This document shows, in pieces, positions 1 through 10,925 of a DNA stretch of 64,000 nt. The DNA is from a virus. The translations under genes were made by a program, and so were the position numbers. Every line of letters begins with the position of its first letter. Within the stretch, counting starts at the first letter, position 1. Under the pieces are notes generated by a model. That model did no database searches. It had not been told where the DNA came from and saw nothing but the letters and a program-made list of their open reading frames with translations. The stretch is from positions 6,791-70,790 of IMG/VR virus record IMGVR_UViG_3300025000_000086, one strand, 5' to 3'.

Positions 1-455
1 GGTTTAATGGTAAAGCAGTAACTAAAAATACTATAGATGTAGTGGGAATTAAAGGTAATCTATTAAATCTTAGAGATAATAATGTAGATTCATATAAAGT
101 CATGGGTATCGAAGCAAAAGCAAGTTATTCAGATTTTCTAAATGGATTTTGCTGTCAGTGTGAGTATACATACGTCATTGCTCCTGTAGGAATTATACCT
201 GTTGATAAATTACCACCAAAAATAGGATTAATTACTATAAACTTGCAAAATTATTCAATTAAACAAAATAGAATAAGTAAATTTGAATTTAAAGGTATAA
301 ATACGATTAAACAATGTTCTAGCAGAAGAAAAGAGATATATAAACGTAATGACATTTATCTTGTAGATACTTTTAATATTCTAAGGAAAATTGCATATAG
401 AAACACTGTGAATGATCTATTTAAGAAAAATGAAATTGAAATTGATGGATTATAA
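1..455 (+). CDS. MmcB-like PD-(D/E)XK nuclease-fold protein (5' end outside window)
   Basis: Frame open from the window start; motifs IDVVGI...GIEAKASYSDF...CEYTYVIAP...P..IGLI resemble the MmcB family. Confidence 0.5.
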   Translation, partial: FNGKAVTKNTIDVVGIKGNLLNLRDNNVDSYKVMGIEAKASYSDFLNGFCCQCEYTYVIAPVGIIPVDKLPPKIGLITINLQNYSIKQNRISKFEFKGINTIKQCSSRRKEIYKRNDIYLVDTFNILRKIAYRNTVNDLFKKNEIEIDGL

Positions 456-469
456 AAAGGAGAGTACAT

Positions 470-649
470 ATGCAAAATATAACTATAAAAATTGCAAAAG
501 AATCAAATAAATTTGGATTTAATATTACATATGATGGTGATAATCATAAAATATTACATGGAACAATTTGCAATCATTGTGGAAATTATTTTGAAAATGA
601 AAAAATGAATATATATTGTTCCAATTGTTTTAAAATAATAAAACAATAA
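470..649 (+). CDS. small Cys-rich hypothetical protein (59 aa)
   Basis: AAGGAG RBS then ATG; two CxxC motifs (CNHC, CSNC). Confidence 0.6.
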   Translation: MQNITIKIAKESNKFGFNITYDGDNHKILHGTICNHCGNYFENEKMNIYCSNCFKIIKQ

Positions 650-861
650 ATAATAAAATAAATTACATATAAATTACATATAAAGGAGAGAATAATTATG
701 CCAGAAAATTGTCCTTATTATCAAAACTTTAAATGTCCGTATGCAGGTTTAACTTTTTGTACTTCGCCTTGCTTTGATTGTTTTTATGGTGAAATTAATA
801 ATTAATATTAAATTAGAATGTATAAATATAAAATAATTTAATAAAAGAAGGGGGAAATAAT

Positions 862-1281
862 ATGACAAAATTACACAAAGTAGAATTATATATTATAGAT
901 GTAAAAGATAACTATAGCAATTTAAAAGAAATTATGCATGACATAGAAAATTCTACAGATTGTAGTCTTGTTCCTTTTAATGCACAAGAAATTGAAATTG
1001 ATTGGCATGATGATATTGATATAAATTTTACTGATTGTCCAATTGAGAATTTTAGAGAATATTTTGAAGAAGCAGAAGGAAAAGAAGAATTAGAAAAATG
1101 CGTATATACGGAAGGTGAATTTATAAATTACGAATGTGAATTATTAAGAAATAATAAATGTTATATTGGCAATAAAGATGATTTTTGTTTAGGTGAAGAT
1201 AATTATTGGCGTTTTAATGGTGAATGGTGCTGTAACTATTATAATCCTGAATGTGGTTGTTGTAGACCGAGAGAAGAATAG
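862..1281 (+). CDS. hypothetical phage protein
   Basis: ORF with GAAGGGGG RBS. Confidence 0.7.
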   Translation: MTKLHKVELYIIDVKDNYSNLKEIMHDIENSTDCSLVPFNAQEIEIDWHDDIDINFTDCPIENFREYFEEAEGKEELEKCVYTEGEFINYECELLRNNKCYIGNKDDFCLGEDNYWRFNGEWCCNYYNPECGCCRPREE

Positions 1282-1428
1282 AAAGGATTGATATATTTTG
1301 AGTAAAGTAATATCAAATATAGTATTTTTTATTGTTAGTTTTCTATTAGTATTATTAGTAACACCTTTTGGATGGATTGGTATGTATATATTCCATGAAT
1401 TATTTTGGAAATAATACAAAAATAAATG

Positions 1429-1457
1429 TTGACAAGTGAGTAACAAAATGATAAAAT
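1429..1457 (+). promoter_or_regulatory. sigmaA-type promoter upstream of the nrdD-nrdG-dut cluster
   Basis: TTGACA-17 bp-TAAAAT with TG extended -10. Confidence 0.7.
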
Positions 1458-1500
1458 AAATATAAATTAAATAAACAATTAAATTAAGGAGGTGAAAATT

Positions 1501-1671
1501 ATTTGTGATTTAACTTTATGTAAAAATGATAATTGCAAGAAAGCACAGAATTGTTTAAGATTTTTGGCAAAACCAGATAAATATCAAAGTTATATGAATG
1601 GGAAAGATGATTGTGATGAAGGTAATGGTTATGAATATTTTTTGAAAGTTAAAATGTTGAAAAGGTGTTAG
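1501..1671 (+). CDS. small Cys-rich phage protein, probable ATT start
   Basis: AAGGAGGTG RBS followed by ATT TGT GAT TTA ACT TTA TGT (xCDLTLCKNDNCKKAQNCLRF...QSY). Confidence 0.55.
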   Translation: MCDLTLCKNDNCKKAQNCLRFLAKPDKYQSYMNGKDDCDEGNGYEYFLKVKMLKRC

Positions 1672-1782
1672 AATGATAAAATAAATATATTTAAAAGGAG
1701 GGTTTTATTCAATATTATTTGGTATTAATTAACTAATATAAAAAAAATACATAATAAATATAAATATATAGGAGGTATAATT

Positions 1783-4700
1783 TTGAAACAAATAATTAAA
1801 AGAAATGGTAGTATGGTAGATTTTGATACATATAAAATTACTATTGCGATTTTATCAGCATTAAATGAAACAAAAGAAGGAAATTATGAGACTGCTCAAA
1901 TATTATCAGATAAAGTAGTAATAAAAATTAATGGTAGAGATAAATTTAAAGTAGAAGAAATTCAAGATATTGTAGAAGAAGTTTTGATGACAGAAGGATT
2001 TCTTCAAACTGCAAAAAAATATATTATTTATCGTGAAGAAAGAGCAAAACAAAGAAATTTTGAATCTGATTTTATGAAACGTATCGCAAAAATTGATAAA
2101 GAAACTAGTAGAGATAATGCTAATATTGGTCATTCTACAGCAAGCAAAATGTATCAAATTGCTTCTGAAACAAGTAAGTATTATTATTTAAATAGATTAA
2201 TACCTAAACATCTTAGTAAATTACATAAAAATGGAGACATACATATTCACGATCTTGACTACTATTCTAAAAGCCCTAATTGCGTTTTACCTTTTGAATA
2301 TACTTCTATTAAAAATGAAAAAGGAGATATTAAAAATATTCAATTCTCATATTTTGATAATTTATTTGATGAATATACAACAATTAATAAAGAACAAACT
2401 GAAATAATCAATCCTATTGGATATAAAATTTTTGGAAGATATGGTTGGACGAATATTAATAGTATAATGAGAAGAAAATTAAAAGATAATGAACTAGTAT
2501 ATTGCATTAAAACAAGAAAAGGATTGCCTTTACATCTTACAGGAAATCACCAAATTCCTGTAATAAGAAACAACAAAGAAGAATTGATTTTTGTTAAAGA
2601 TGTATTAAAAGGCGATAAATTATTATATGAAAAAACAGATTTTGATGAACAATCTGAACTTCCAATATTAGATATGTTTATTGATAATATAAATGATCTT
2701 GAACATGGTATTACAATTAGGAACACTCATAAATTAATTCATTGGTTAAGATATAAATATGATGATTTTAATTTTAAATTTACAATTGGTAGAAAAGGAA
2801 GTTGTAAAGGTAATAATATGCTTAGTGGAGAAGAATATAAATTAATTTCTGAAAAATATCCTATCCCTTATGATATTAAAAAACAATTAACTGTTACAAC
2901 GACAAAAGGAATGAAAACCCTGCCAGCATATTTACCAATAACTTCTGAATTAGTAAGATTAGTAGGATATATTTTAGCTGAAGGACATTTAAGTATATCT
3001 TCTAGTGGAAGAAGTATTATGATTGCTAATATTAATAAAGATATTTTAAACGACATAGAACATTGTATTAATTACGTATTTCAAGACAAAGCAGGATATA
3101 GTTCTACTATTCAAAATTTAGAAGAAAGAAGAGAGAATGGTAAATATCTTAATGGTTCTGTATATATAGCATTTTTTAAATCTATTTTAAAAATTAAAAA
3201 TAATGCATCTGAAATGGATATTCCTGATTTTATTATGAATAGTGATATTAATTTAAAAGGTAACTTTATTCAATCATTAATGGATAGTGATGGTTATTAT
3301 GGTAGTAATAAAACTAATTATTGTACTTCATCTGAAAATTTTGCAAATAAATTAATTTTATTACTAAAAGATGTTAATATTGAATCAAGTTTTCATATTA
3401 GTGATAAAAAAGGAACAGATGTTTATTTAAATAATAAAATACAAGGGAAAAGAAACTATGATAATTATTATGTTAATGTTTATGATGTAAATAGTTTAAA
3501 TAATTTATTAAATATTGTTACACCAATTAAAAATACTGATATTATTCATGAGTATATAAATGTTACTACTAGTAATAATAGAGATCCGTTAGATGTGATA
3601 GACGTTTTAATTAAGAATAATTATAAAGATTTATATGTATATGATTTAGAAACAGACGAACATTGGTTTACTGTAAATAATTATATTGTTCATAATTGCT
3701 TATCAATTCCTTTAGAGCAATTATTAAGAACTGGTTATAATGGAGAATATGGATTTGTTAATTCACCAAAAAGAATTAAAAGTGCAATGGATTTAGCAGC
3801 AAATATTCTTCAAAGATGTTCAAATGATATTTTTGGTGGAACATTATTGCCTAATATTGATATGACAATTGAGAATTTGATAAATGATAAAATTATTGAA
3901 GAACCTACTGAAAGTGAATTAGAGCAAGCATGTCAAAGTTTACTTTATAATCTTGCTACCATGCCTACTAGAGCAGGAAATCAGATACCATTTTCTTCCA
4001 TGACATTTGGATTAGAAGAAGGTATTTGGGGTAGAAAAACATCTTTTGCAATGTTAAAACAATTTGAAAAAGGTATGGGTAAAGGCGAAACATTTATCTT
4101 CCCTAATATTGTGTTTAAAGTTAAAGAAGGAGTTAATTTTAATCCAGAAGATAAAAATTATGATTTATATAAATATGCAATAAAAGTTTCTTGTAATAGA
4201 ATGAATCCTACATTTGCATTTATGGATAATGCAGGTAATGAAGCATTTCCAGCAAAAGAAATTAATCCTATGGGATGCAGAAGCAGAATTGTTGCTAACC
4301 AACATGGAGATTCATGTTCAGAAAAGAGAGGAAATATTTTTCCAACAACTATTAATCTTCCTAAAATTGCTTTAAGAACAAAAGGTATGCATTATAATAA
4401 AGAATTAAAAGATTTTTGGAAAAAATTAAACAAGATGCTTGATGATGTTAAAGAATTATCATTACATAGATGGGGTATTCTTAAAAATCTTAAAGTAAAA
4501 GATATGCCTTTTGTATTTGGAGAGGATATATATTATAATTCAGGTGAATTATCTCCTGAAGATACCGTTGGAGAGTCATTAAAACATGGAACAATTGCTG
4601 TAGGATTTATTGGAATTGCAGAATGTGTAAAAGAATTAGTAGGTGTCCATCATGGAGAAAATGAAAAAGGATTAAAATTAGCATTAGAAATTAATAATAG

Positions 4701-5244
4701 ATTTAGACAATTTTGTGATGAAATGTGTGAAGAAACTAAATTAAATTGGTCGTGCTATGCCACTCCAGCAGAAAGTACCTGTAATAAAGTAATTAAAGAT
4801 AAAGAAGAATTTGGTATAATTAATGGAGTAACAGATAAGGAATATTACACAAACTCTTTCCATATTCCAGTATATTTTCCTATATCTATTGCCAGGAAAA
4901 TTACTATTGAAGGACAATTTCATAGATTTAATAATGCAGGACATATTAGTTATATTGAATTAACTGATGCTCCGATACATAATGTAGATGGTGTTGAACA
5001 TATTTTAAAACATATGAAAAATTCAGATGTTGGATATTGTGGTATTAATTATCCTAAAGATGAATGTTTAAATATTGAATGTAAAAATAGTGGCGTATTT
5101 GATGATTGCTGTCCTAAATGTGGAAATATAAATATTAGAAAAATTAGAAGAATATCTGGATATTTAGGATTTGAAGACAGAATTAATAGTAGTAAAAAGA
5201 AAGAAATAGATGAAAGATTGAAACACGATACGATAGGTAATTAA
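1783..5244 (+). CDS. nrdD: anaerobic (class III) ribonucleoside-triphosphate reductase with intein
   Basis: N-terminal ATP cone (IIKRNG), HIHDLDYY, MGCRS, YATPAES, C-terminal CxxC pairs and glycyl-radical motif RRISGYLG. Confidence 0.95.
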   Translation: MKQIIKRNGSMVDFDTYKITIAILSALNETKEGNYETAQILSDKVVIKINGRDKFKVEEIQDIVEEVLMTEGFLQTAKKYIIYREERAKQRNFESDFMKRIAKIDKETSRDNANIGHSTASKMYQIASETSKYYYLNRLIPKHLSKLHKNGDIHIHDLDYYSKSPNCVLPFEYTSIKNEKGDIKNIQFSYFDNLFDEYTTINKEQTEIINPIGYKIFGRYGWTNINSIMRRKLKDNELVYCIKTRKGLPLHLTGNHQIPVIRNNKEELIFVKDVLKGDKLLYEKTDFDEQSELPILDMFIDNINDLEHGITIRNTHKLIHWLRYKYDDFNFKFTIGRKGSCKGNNMLSGEEYKLISEKYPIPYDIKKQLTVTTTKGMKTLPAYLPITSELVRLVGYILAEGHLSISSSGRSIMIANINKDILNDIEHCINYVFQDKAGYSSTIQNLEERRENGKYLNGSVYIAFFKSILKIKNNASEMDIPDFIMNSDINLKGNFIQSLMDSDGYYGSNKTNYCTSSENFANKLILLLKDVNIESSFHISDKKGTDVYLNNKIQGKRNYDNYYVNVYDVNSLNNLLNIVTPIKNTDIIHEYINVTTSNNRDPLDVIDVLIKNNYKDLYVYDLETDEHWFTVNNYIVHNCLSIPLEQLLRTGYNGEYGFVNSPKRIKSAMDLAANILQRCSNDIFGGTLLPNIDMTIENLINDKIIEEPTESELEQACQSLLYNLATMPTRAGNQIPFSSMTFGLEEGIWGRKTSFAMLKQFEKGMGKGETFIFPNIVFKVKEGVNFNPEDKNYDLYKYAIKVSCNRMNPTFAFMDNAGNEAFPAKEINPMGCRSRIVANQHGDSCSEKRGNIFPTTINLPKIALRTKGMHYNKELKDFWKKLNKMLDDVKELSLHRWGILKNLKVKDMPFVFGEDIYYNSGELSPEDTVGESLKHGTIAVGFIGIAECVKELVGVHHGENEKGLKLALEINNRFRQFCDEMCEETKLNWSCYATPAESTCNKVIKDKEEFGIINGVTDKEYYTNSFHIPVYFPISIARKITIEGQFHRFNNAGHISYIELTDAPIHNVDGVEHILKHMKNSDVGYCGINYPKDECLNIECKNSGVFDDCCPKCGNINIRKIRRISGYLGFEDRINSSKKKEIDERLKHDTIGN
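2281..3696 (+). mobile_element. intein (472 aa) with LAGLIDADG homing endonuclease in nrdD
   Basis: Starts at Cys (CVLPFE), block B (LHLTGNH), LAGLIDADG-like LVGYILAEG and FIQSLMDSDG, block F/G VYDLET...NYIVHN|C; removal restores SPN-CLSIPL. Confidence 0.92.
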
Positions 5245-5246
5245 TT

Positions 5247-5729
5247 ATGATTGAAATTGCAGGGATTAGAACAGAAAGTTTAGGAGATGGAACAGGAGTA
5301 AGAACAGTAATATTTTTTCAAAAATGTACTCATTACTGTTATAAATGTCAAAATCCAGATACTTGGCAAGAAGGAAATGGTCAATTAGTTACAATACAAT
5401 ATTTACTCAATATAATAAAAAATGACGTATTATCAAATGGTGTAACATTTAGTGGTGGTTGTCCACTTTGTAATTCTAATTTAGACCAAATAATTTTATT
5501 AGCAAAAGAAATAAAATTATTAAATAAAAATATATGGTGTTATTGTGGGGAAAAAATAGAAGAATTAACTGGTAAACAAAATGAATTATTACAATATATA
5601 GATGTTCTTATTGATGGTAAATATATAGATGATTTAAGAAATGACACTTTGGCTTTTAGAGGAAGTGAAAATCAAAGAATTATTGACGTTCAAAAATCAT
5701 TAGAATATGATGAAATAATATTATTATAA
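5247..5729 (+). CDS. nrdG: anaerobic RNR activating radical-SAM protein
   Basis: DGTGVRTVIFFQKCTHYCYKCQN (CxxxCxxC), GVTFSGG, DVLIDGKY, FRGSENQR; follows nrdD. Confidence 0.93.
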   Translation: MIEIAGIRTESLGDGTGVRTVIFFQKCTHYCYKCQNPDTWQEGNGQLVTIQYLLNIIKNDVLSNGVTFSGGCPLCNSNLDQIILLAKEIKLLNKNIWCYCGEKIEELTGKQNELLQYIDVLIDGKYIDDLRNDTLAFRGSENQRIIDVQKSLEYDEIILL

Positions 5730-5750
5730 ATAAAGGAGAAATTATATATT

Positions 5751-6236
5751 ATGAACAACAAAATTAATTGTGCAATAGACGATCAAAATATCACTCTTCC
5801 CAAATATGAATCAGTCTGTGCTTCCGGTATGGATTTAAGAGCATGGAAATATTCATTACCAGAAAATCTAAAAGAAACACATGATTTTATTGAGGAAGGT
5901 ATCCATTTATATCCAGGTGATAGAATTTTAATTAAAACAGGATTACATATCCAATTGCCAGAAAATACAGAAGCACAAATTAGACCTAGAAGTGGTTTAG
6001 CATTAAAACATGGTATCTCAATTGTTAATTCCCCAGGCACAATTGACGAAGATTATGTTGGTGATGTAGGAGTTGTTCTTATTAATATGGGTACTGAACC
6101 ATTCAATATTAAACAAGGTGATAGAATCGCTCAAATGGTATTCCAAGAAGTTAAAAAATATGATTTAAAGATTGTTGATAAATTATCTGAAACAATTCGT
6201 GGTGAAGGTGGTTTTGGTTCTACTTTAGTAAAATAA
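5751..6236 (+). CDS. dut: trimeric dUTPase
   Basis: SGMDL, QIRPRSG, GTIDEDYVG, RIAQ, RGEGGFGST motifs. Confidence 0.95.
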   Translation: MNNKINCAIDDQNITLPKYESVCASGMDLRAWKYSLPENLKETHDFIEEGIHLYPGDRILIKTGLHIQLPENTEAQIRPRSGLALKHGISIVNSPGTIDEDYVGDVGVVLINMGTEPFNIKQGDRIAQMVFQEVKKYDLKIVDKLSETIRGEGGFGSTLVK

Positions 6237-6244
6237 CTAACTAT

Positions 6245-6273
6245 TTTAGCAGGGACTAAAAATCCCTGCTAAA
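6245..6273 (+). terminator. intrinsic terminator after dut
   Basis: TTTAGCAGGGA/TCCCTGCTAAA inverted repeat. Confidence 0.7.
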
Positions 6274-6308
6274 TATTAAATAAAAATAGAAAATAATGAA
6301 AAATATCA

Positions 6309-6337
6309 TTGACAGAATAAAAAAATAAATGTATAAT
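6309..6337 (+). promoter_or_regulatory. sigmaA-type promoter
   Basis: TTGACA-17 bp-TATAAT, consensus. Confidence 0.75.
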
Positions 6338-6368
6338 TAACAACATAGAAAGGGACAAGTTAACAACA

Positions 6369-6626
6369 ATGTCAAATCAAATAAATGAACAAAAAGAATC
6401 AATAAAATTAAAATGTATAAAAGAAAAATGTTTTCTATATTTTGAATCGGACAATAAATATTTTGAAACGTGTCAGTTAGTTAGTAAATATATTTTATTA
6501 GATAAATGCTATGGTATAACTGCAATTCCTAATAAAAAAGAAGAAGTTATTTGCAAGATAGCAGATTTAATTAAAGAATTTGATTGTTTGAATGAATTAG
6601 AGGAATTAATTAAAAATAATCAATAA
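6369..6626 (+). CDS. hypothetical protein
   Basis: ORF downstream of the promoter. Confidence 0.6.
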   Translation: MSNQINEQKESIKLKCIKEKCFLYFESDNKYFETCQLVSKYILLDKCYGITAIPNKKEEVICKIADLIKEFDCLNELEELIKNNQ

Positions 6627-6655
6627 TTAACCATAAAATAAGAAAGGAGATTATT

Positions 6656-6985
6656 ATGAAACAAATAATTACTATAAATCAACTTAATGAATTATCAAAA
6701 GAGCAAAAAATAAAACTATATAAATGGTGGATATCAAAAGGAATTAAAATGGGTGATATTTATTATTTAAATATTAATGGAAAACAAAGTATTGAATGTT
6801 TTACGCATAATTGTAATGGATTAAGTTTTGAAGGAACAAAAGTATATTGTGAATATTATCCATTATTAAATATTGGACAAATGATTGAATTACTAGATGA
6901 TTATGATGCACCATTAGTAAGAGTGAATGGAGTAAATAAATTATGTGATTTCTTATGGAAAGAAATTAAAAATACATTAAAATAA
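6656..6985 (+). CDS. hypothetical phage protein
   Basis: GAAAGGAG RBS; PLLNIGQMIELL motif typical of Bacillota phage proteins. Confidence 0.7.
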   Translation: MKQIITINQLNELSKEQKIKLYKWWISKGIKMGDIYYLNINGKQSIECFTHNCNGLSFEGTKVYCEYYPLLNIGQMIELLDDYDAPLVRVNGVNKLCDFLWKEIKNTLK

Positions 6986-7016
6986 AATATTAAAATAAAA
7001 GGAGAGATACCATTTC

Positions 7017-7715
7017 ATGACTACATCTAAACTTTCAACCAAAGACCAATTTATCCAAAACTTAATTAATACATTAAACAATGAAAATAAAAACAGAATC
7101 TATCACGACAAAAAACCTTTAAACATCCCCTATATAGTTTCAGTAATTGATCAACAAATTGAAAATTGTAAAGAATTCTTAGACGATATTACTAAGCATA
7201 CATATGATATCAATAGTTATGATGAAGATTATTCTGGAGGTTACACAAATGGCAAAATTACAATTTTAATTGAAAAACCAAAAGATAAAGAAGAAGAAAG
7301 TGAATATATAAATAATGCTTATTACAATCATTGTTATCATATAGAATTTTTACATGATGAAAGACATTGGGGATATTGCGAATGTACTCCTAAAGATGAA
7401 GGTTATAATGAAAATTATAGATGTTGTGGAATGGGTTGCGACTGGAATAGTCCTGCTTTTAGTATAAAAAAAGTTATTAGTTTAGGTAATTATTCATGGG
7501 AAGGACAAGAAAAAGATTATTGGGAATATAAAGAAAAGTTTGAAGCAAATGAGAAAAATATAAATGAAGAAGTAGAGAAATATAAATCAAAGCAAAAGAA
7601 ACAATATTTAATAGATAGAATCATTGAATTACAAGAAGAATTTGATAAATTAGAATTAAAGGAATTAGAAGAAGAAAAATTTAAAGAGTTTGGTACATTA
7701 AAATTAATCAAATAA
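7017..7715 (+). CDS. hypothetical protein
   Basis: AAGGAG RBS, long ORF. Confidence 0.7.
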   Translation: MTTSKLSTKDQFIQNLINTLNNENKNRIYHDKKPLNIPYIVSVIDQQIENCKEFLDDITKHTYDINSYDEDYSGGYTNGKITILIEKPKDKEEESEYINNAYYNHCYHIEFLHDERHWGYCECTPKDEGYNENYRCCGMGCDWNSPAFSIKKVISLGNYSWEGQEKDYWEYKEKFEANEKNINEEVEKYKSKQKKQYLIDRIIELQEEFDKLELKELEEEKFKEFGTLKLIK

Positions 7716-7760
7716 ATAATAAACTAATAATATAAATTATATTAAGAAAGGTGATATATT

Positions 7761-8540
7761 ATGACCGAATCAACAGAATTAATTGAAGTAAATAATACCA
7801 ATAATATAAACAATCAAATAAATCCTCACCACATAGCAATAGAAAATCCTGATTCTACTTGTTTTAATTGTTTGCAATTATATCCTCAAATTCACATAAT
7901 TCACATTCCACAACTTAATCATTCCAGTGAATTCAAACATTTTTCAACTAGACTACAACTTTGTGACGATTGCCTATCCTTAGCAAATCCTAATTGGTGG
8001 AAATTAGAAATTATCAAAACATATTCAGAATATGATATGATGCAATTAAATTATAAATACGAAAAAGAAATACTAGAATTCATTAATAAAATGCCACTAG
8101 CAGGTCAGGAATTATTTTATGCTAGATTTGGCTCTGGTGTACGTTCTAATCTTATGCGTGGCCAGGATTGGATTGACTATACACTAGGTATTCTACCACA
8201 TGAAAAATGTAAAAAATATGGTTATTACTCTCCACAAGAAATTCAAGCATATCAAGAAAGATTTCCTATATGTGAACATCCAGTAAATAGAATTTATGAT
8301 GATGAATCAAAAAATAGTTGGTGTCCATTTGGTGCTATTGGAGAATACAATCAAAAATGCTATAAAAATGGTAAAGATGATAATTGTTATGAATGTGAAT
8401 ATTTTCAAGAAAGAATAACTCCTATAAAAGATATTATGGAATGTGATTGGGGAGATTATGAAATTTATTATAAAAGTAAAATAAATGTGAATAAATATAA
8501 GAAAATGTTTGAAGAAGAAGGAGATTCTAATGATCAATAA
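7761..8540 (+). CDS. hypothetical Cys-rich protein
   Basis: GAAAGGTGA RBS, several CxxC motifs. Confidence 0.7.
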   Translation: MTESTELIEVNNTNNINNQINPHHIAIENPDSTCFNCLQLYPQIHIIHIPQLNHSSEFKHFSTRLQLCDDCLSLANPNWWKLEIIKTYSEYDMMQLNYKYEKEILEFINKMPLAGQELFYARFGSGVRSNLMRGQDWIDYTLGILPHEKCKKYGYYSPQEIQAYQERFPICEHPVNRIYDDESKNSWCPFGAIGEYNQKCYKNGKDDNCYECEYFQERITPIKDIMECDWGDYEIYYKSKINVNKYKKMFEEEGDSNDQ

Positions 8541-9018
8541 AATAAAACAATTTATAAACAATATAAATATAGAAATATATTGTAGAACATATAATATTAG
8601 AAATTATTTAAAAGTAAGAAAATACAAAAAATTATATCCAGATTATGTAGACAATGAATATAATTGTGGTTCATTAAAATTTATTTGGGGAATCACTTCA
8701 TGGGATGACCTAACTGGCAAAGATGCATTTCTACATACAATGAATGATATAGATATTATTTATGACAGAGATACTAAACTATATAATCTTAGCATTGAGA
8801 CAATTTATATGTTTGAAGGTAATAAAGAAGAAGAGGAATATAAGTATTTAAGATATTTATTAGATAAGTTTAGTAAGTATATGGATGATAATAATTTATC
8901 AAAAGATTATAAAACTTATCTTGCTATGTATGATTGTTTTTCAGCAGAATCAATTGAAGAGTTATATTTTAAATTTAGAGTGTTTGTTGAAGGATACTGT
9001 AGTGTATGTGGGTATTAA
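8530..9018 (+). CDS. hypothetical protein (start probably MINKIK)
   Basis: GAAGGAG RBS before the ATG at 8530. Confidence 0.65.
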   Translation: MINKIKQFINNINIEIYCRTYNIRNYLKVRKYKKLYPDYVDNEYNCGSLKFIWGITSWDDLTGKDAFLHTMNDIDIIYDRDTKLYNLSIETIYMFEGNKEEEEYKYLRYLLDKFSKYMDDNNLSKDYKTYLAMYDCFSAESIEELYFKFRVFVEGYCSVCGY

Positions 9019-9232
9019 TATTATAATTAGCGAATAAATCAAAACCATCAATTCACAAACCATTGATATTACTGTGTTTGTGACACTCAATATTAGTATA
9101 AATGAAAATTTTATTAAAACATTTTAAAATTATAAATACAGTAATATTAATGATTGTAAGTTATAAAATATTAAATCCTAATGAATCTAAATTTGGTGTT
9201 GATTTATAATATTAAATTAAAAGGAGGATATT

Positions 9233-9454
9233 ATGAAAATTTTTAAATGTAGTAAATGTGAATATTTTGAAAAAGATGATTGGTCAAATGGTGATTTAGA
9301 ACAAAAAATATTTGGAGTATATGGTCATTGTATGGATACTATAAACCCTGATTTTAATTCATTCGCACAAATTTATGGTAGAGGTATTCCAAAATTACAA
9401 GCAATATTTAGTCCTAAATGGTGTAGATTTAAAAATAAAAAGGAAAATAAATAA
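9233..9454 (+). CDS. hypothetical protein
   Basis: AAGGAGG RBS. Confidence 0.65.
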   Translation: MKIFKCSKCEYFEKDDWSNGDLEQKIFGVYGHCMDTINPDFNSFAQIYGRGIPKLQAIFSPKWCRFKNKKENK

Positions 9455-9456
9455 AT

Positions 9457-10113
9457 ATGGATATTAATTTATTTGCAAAAATAATAAAGAAACTAGGAAA
9501 AGACGATTTAGAAGATTTTGCATATACATATAACGGTAAAATCTATGGATTCAAAAATGTTGGAGATGATAATTGGGATGATGAAGGAAAATATCAATAT
9601 AAAACTGAACAAGGCAAATTAATAGAAATGGATGGAGATTATCAAGAAATACAATCATTTAACTATGGTATTTCTCGTTCTGTGCAAAGAAATGGTTCAT
9701 ATTTTACCGATTATAATTATGATTACGAGCCATATGAAATGTTTGAAATTAAAGAAGTTTTAGTACCAGAAGTAATTATTCCTGCTCATATGGAAACTAA
9801 ATGGGATAGGTTAAATATTGATTTAGATAAGGTTGTAGACGAACAAGAAGAAGAAAGAAAAAGAATTGAAGAAGAAAAAATTAGATTAAAGGAAGAAGAA
9901 AAAGCAGAAAAGGAAAGATTGATTAAATTATATCCGATGAATAGAATAGAAATAATTAAAATGGTAAATAAGAATCTTAAAAAGAAAGGAATAACTAAAT
10001 ATGGATTACAAGAAATGAGAAAAGAATATTTTGATATTGTTGTTAAAAAGAAATTAGAAAATCAAGATTGGATTGATTATCATAAGGGATTAATGAAAAA
10101 TGAAGGTATGTAA
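9457..10113 (+). CDS. hypothetical protein
   Basis: Long ORF coupled to the previous gene. Confidence 0.7.
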   Translation: MDINLFAKIIKKLGKDDLEDFAYTYNGKIYGFKNVGDDNWDDEGKYQYKTEQGKLIEMDGDYQEIQSFNYGISRSVQRNGSYFTDYNYDYEPYEMFEIKEVLVPEVIIPAHMETKWDRLNIDLDKVVDEQEEERKRIEEEKIRLKEEEKAEKERLIKLYPMNRIEIIKMVNKNLKKKGITKYGLQEMRKEYFDIVVKKKLENQDWIDYHKGLMKNEGM

Positions 10114-10146
10114 TAAATTAAATATAATTAAAAGGAGTAGATAATT

Positions 10147-10653
10147 ATAAATAAAGAATTAATGTTTTCTAGTGAATCGGATGAATGGTCAACACCTAAA
10201 GATTTTTTTGATAAACTTAATGAAGAGTTTAATTTCACACTTGATCCATGTGCTACACATGAGAATCATAAATGTGATAAATATTATACTATAGAAGATG
10301 ATGGTATGTCTAAAGATTGGTCAAATGAAATAGTATTTATGAATCCACCATATTCTAAACCAGAGAACCCATGTAAACTCAATTGCAAGAAAAAAGGATG
10401 TCAAAAGCGTGGTTATCATATTGATAAATATAAACCAGGGCAAGAAGATTGGATTAAAAAAGCATATGAAGAAAGTCAAAAAGGTACAATAGTAATTGCT
10501 TTGCTTCCATCGAGGACTGATACTAAATTTTTTCATAAATACATATATAATAAGATGGAAATTAGATTCATTGAAGGTAGATTAAAATTTAGTGGATGTG
10601 AAGATTCAGCACCATTCCCAAGTATGATTGTAGTATTTAGAAAGTTAAAATAA
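10147..10653 (+). CDS. phage N6-adenine DNA methyltransferase (probable ATA start at 10147)
   Basis: DEWSTPKDFF, FTLDPCA, FMNPPY, LLPSRTDT, GRLKF, APFPS motifs. Confidence 0.9.
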   Translation: MNKELMFSSESDEWSTPKDFFDKLNEEFNFTLDPCATHENHKCDKYYTIEDDGMSKDWSNEIVFMNPPYSKPENPCKLNCKKKGCQKRGYHIDKYKPGQEDWIKKAYEESQKGTIVIALLPSRTDTKFFHKYIYNKMEIRFIEGRLKFSGCEDSAPFPSMIVVFRKLK

Positions 10654-10689
10654 AGATTAGTAATAGTTATGAAATAGAAAGGAGAAAAT

Positions 10690-10868
10690 ATGGATATTCA
10701 AGAAATATTATTACAATTGAAAATTTAGAAAAAATATTAAATGAAATAGAATTAATTTGTGATAAATGTAATGGCACAGGTAAAATATTCAAACGTGCTT
10801 GGCTGAAGATGATGGTGATTATTATATGTGTAATAATTGCGAAGAGAAAGGTAGAATAAGAATATAGA
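10690..10868 (+). pseudogene. frameshifted small DnaJ-type Zn-finger gene
   Basis: RBS and ATG, but CDKCNGTG and CNNCEEKG lie in different frames. Confidence 0.45.
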
Positions 10869-10925
10869 TAACTTATAAAAAGTTATAAAATATCATATTT
10901 TAAAGTAGAAAGGAGGTAATTAATT

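Noticed and set aside
10860-10925. IStron (group I intron) or IS left end ahead of tnpB
   Set aside because: No intron core or tnpA present; too short and AT-rich
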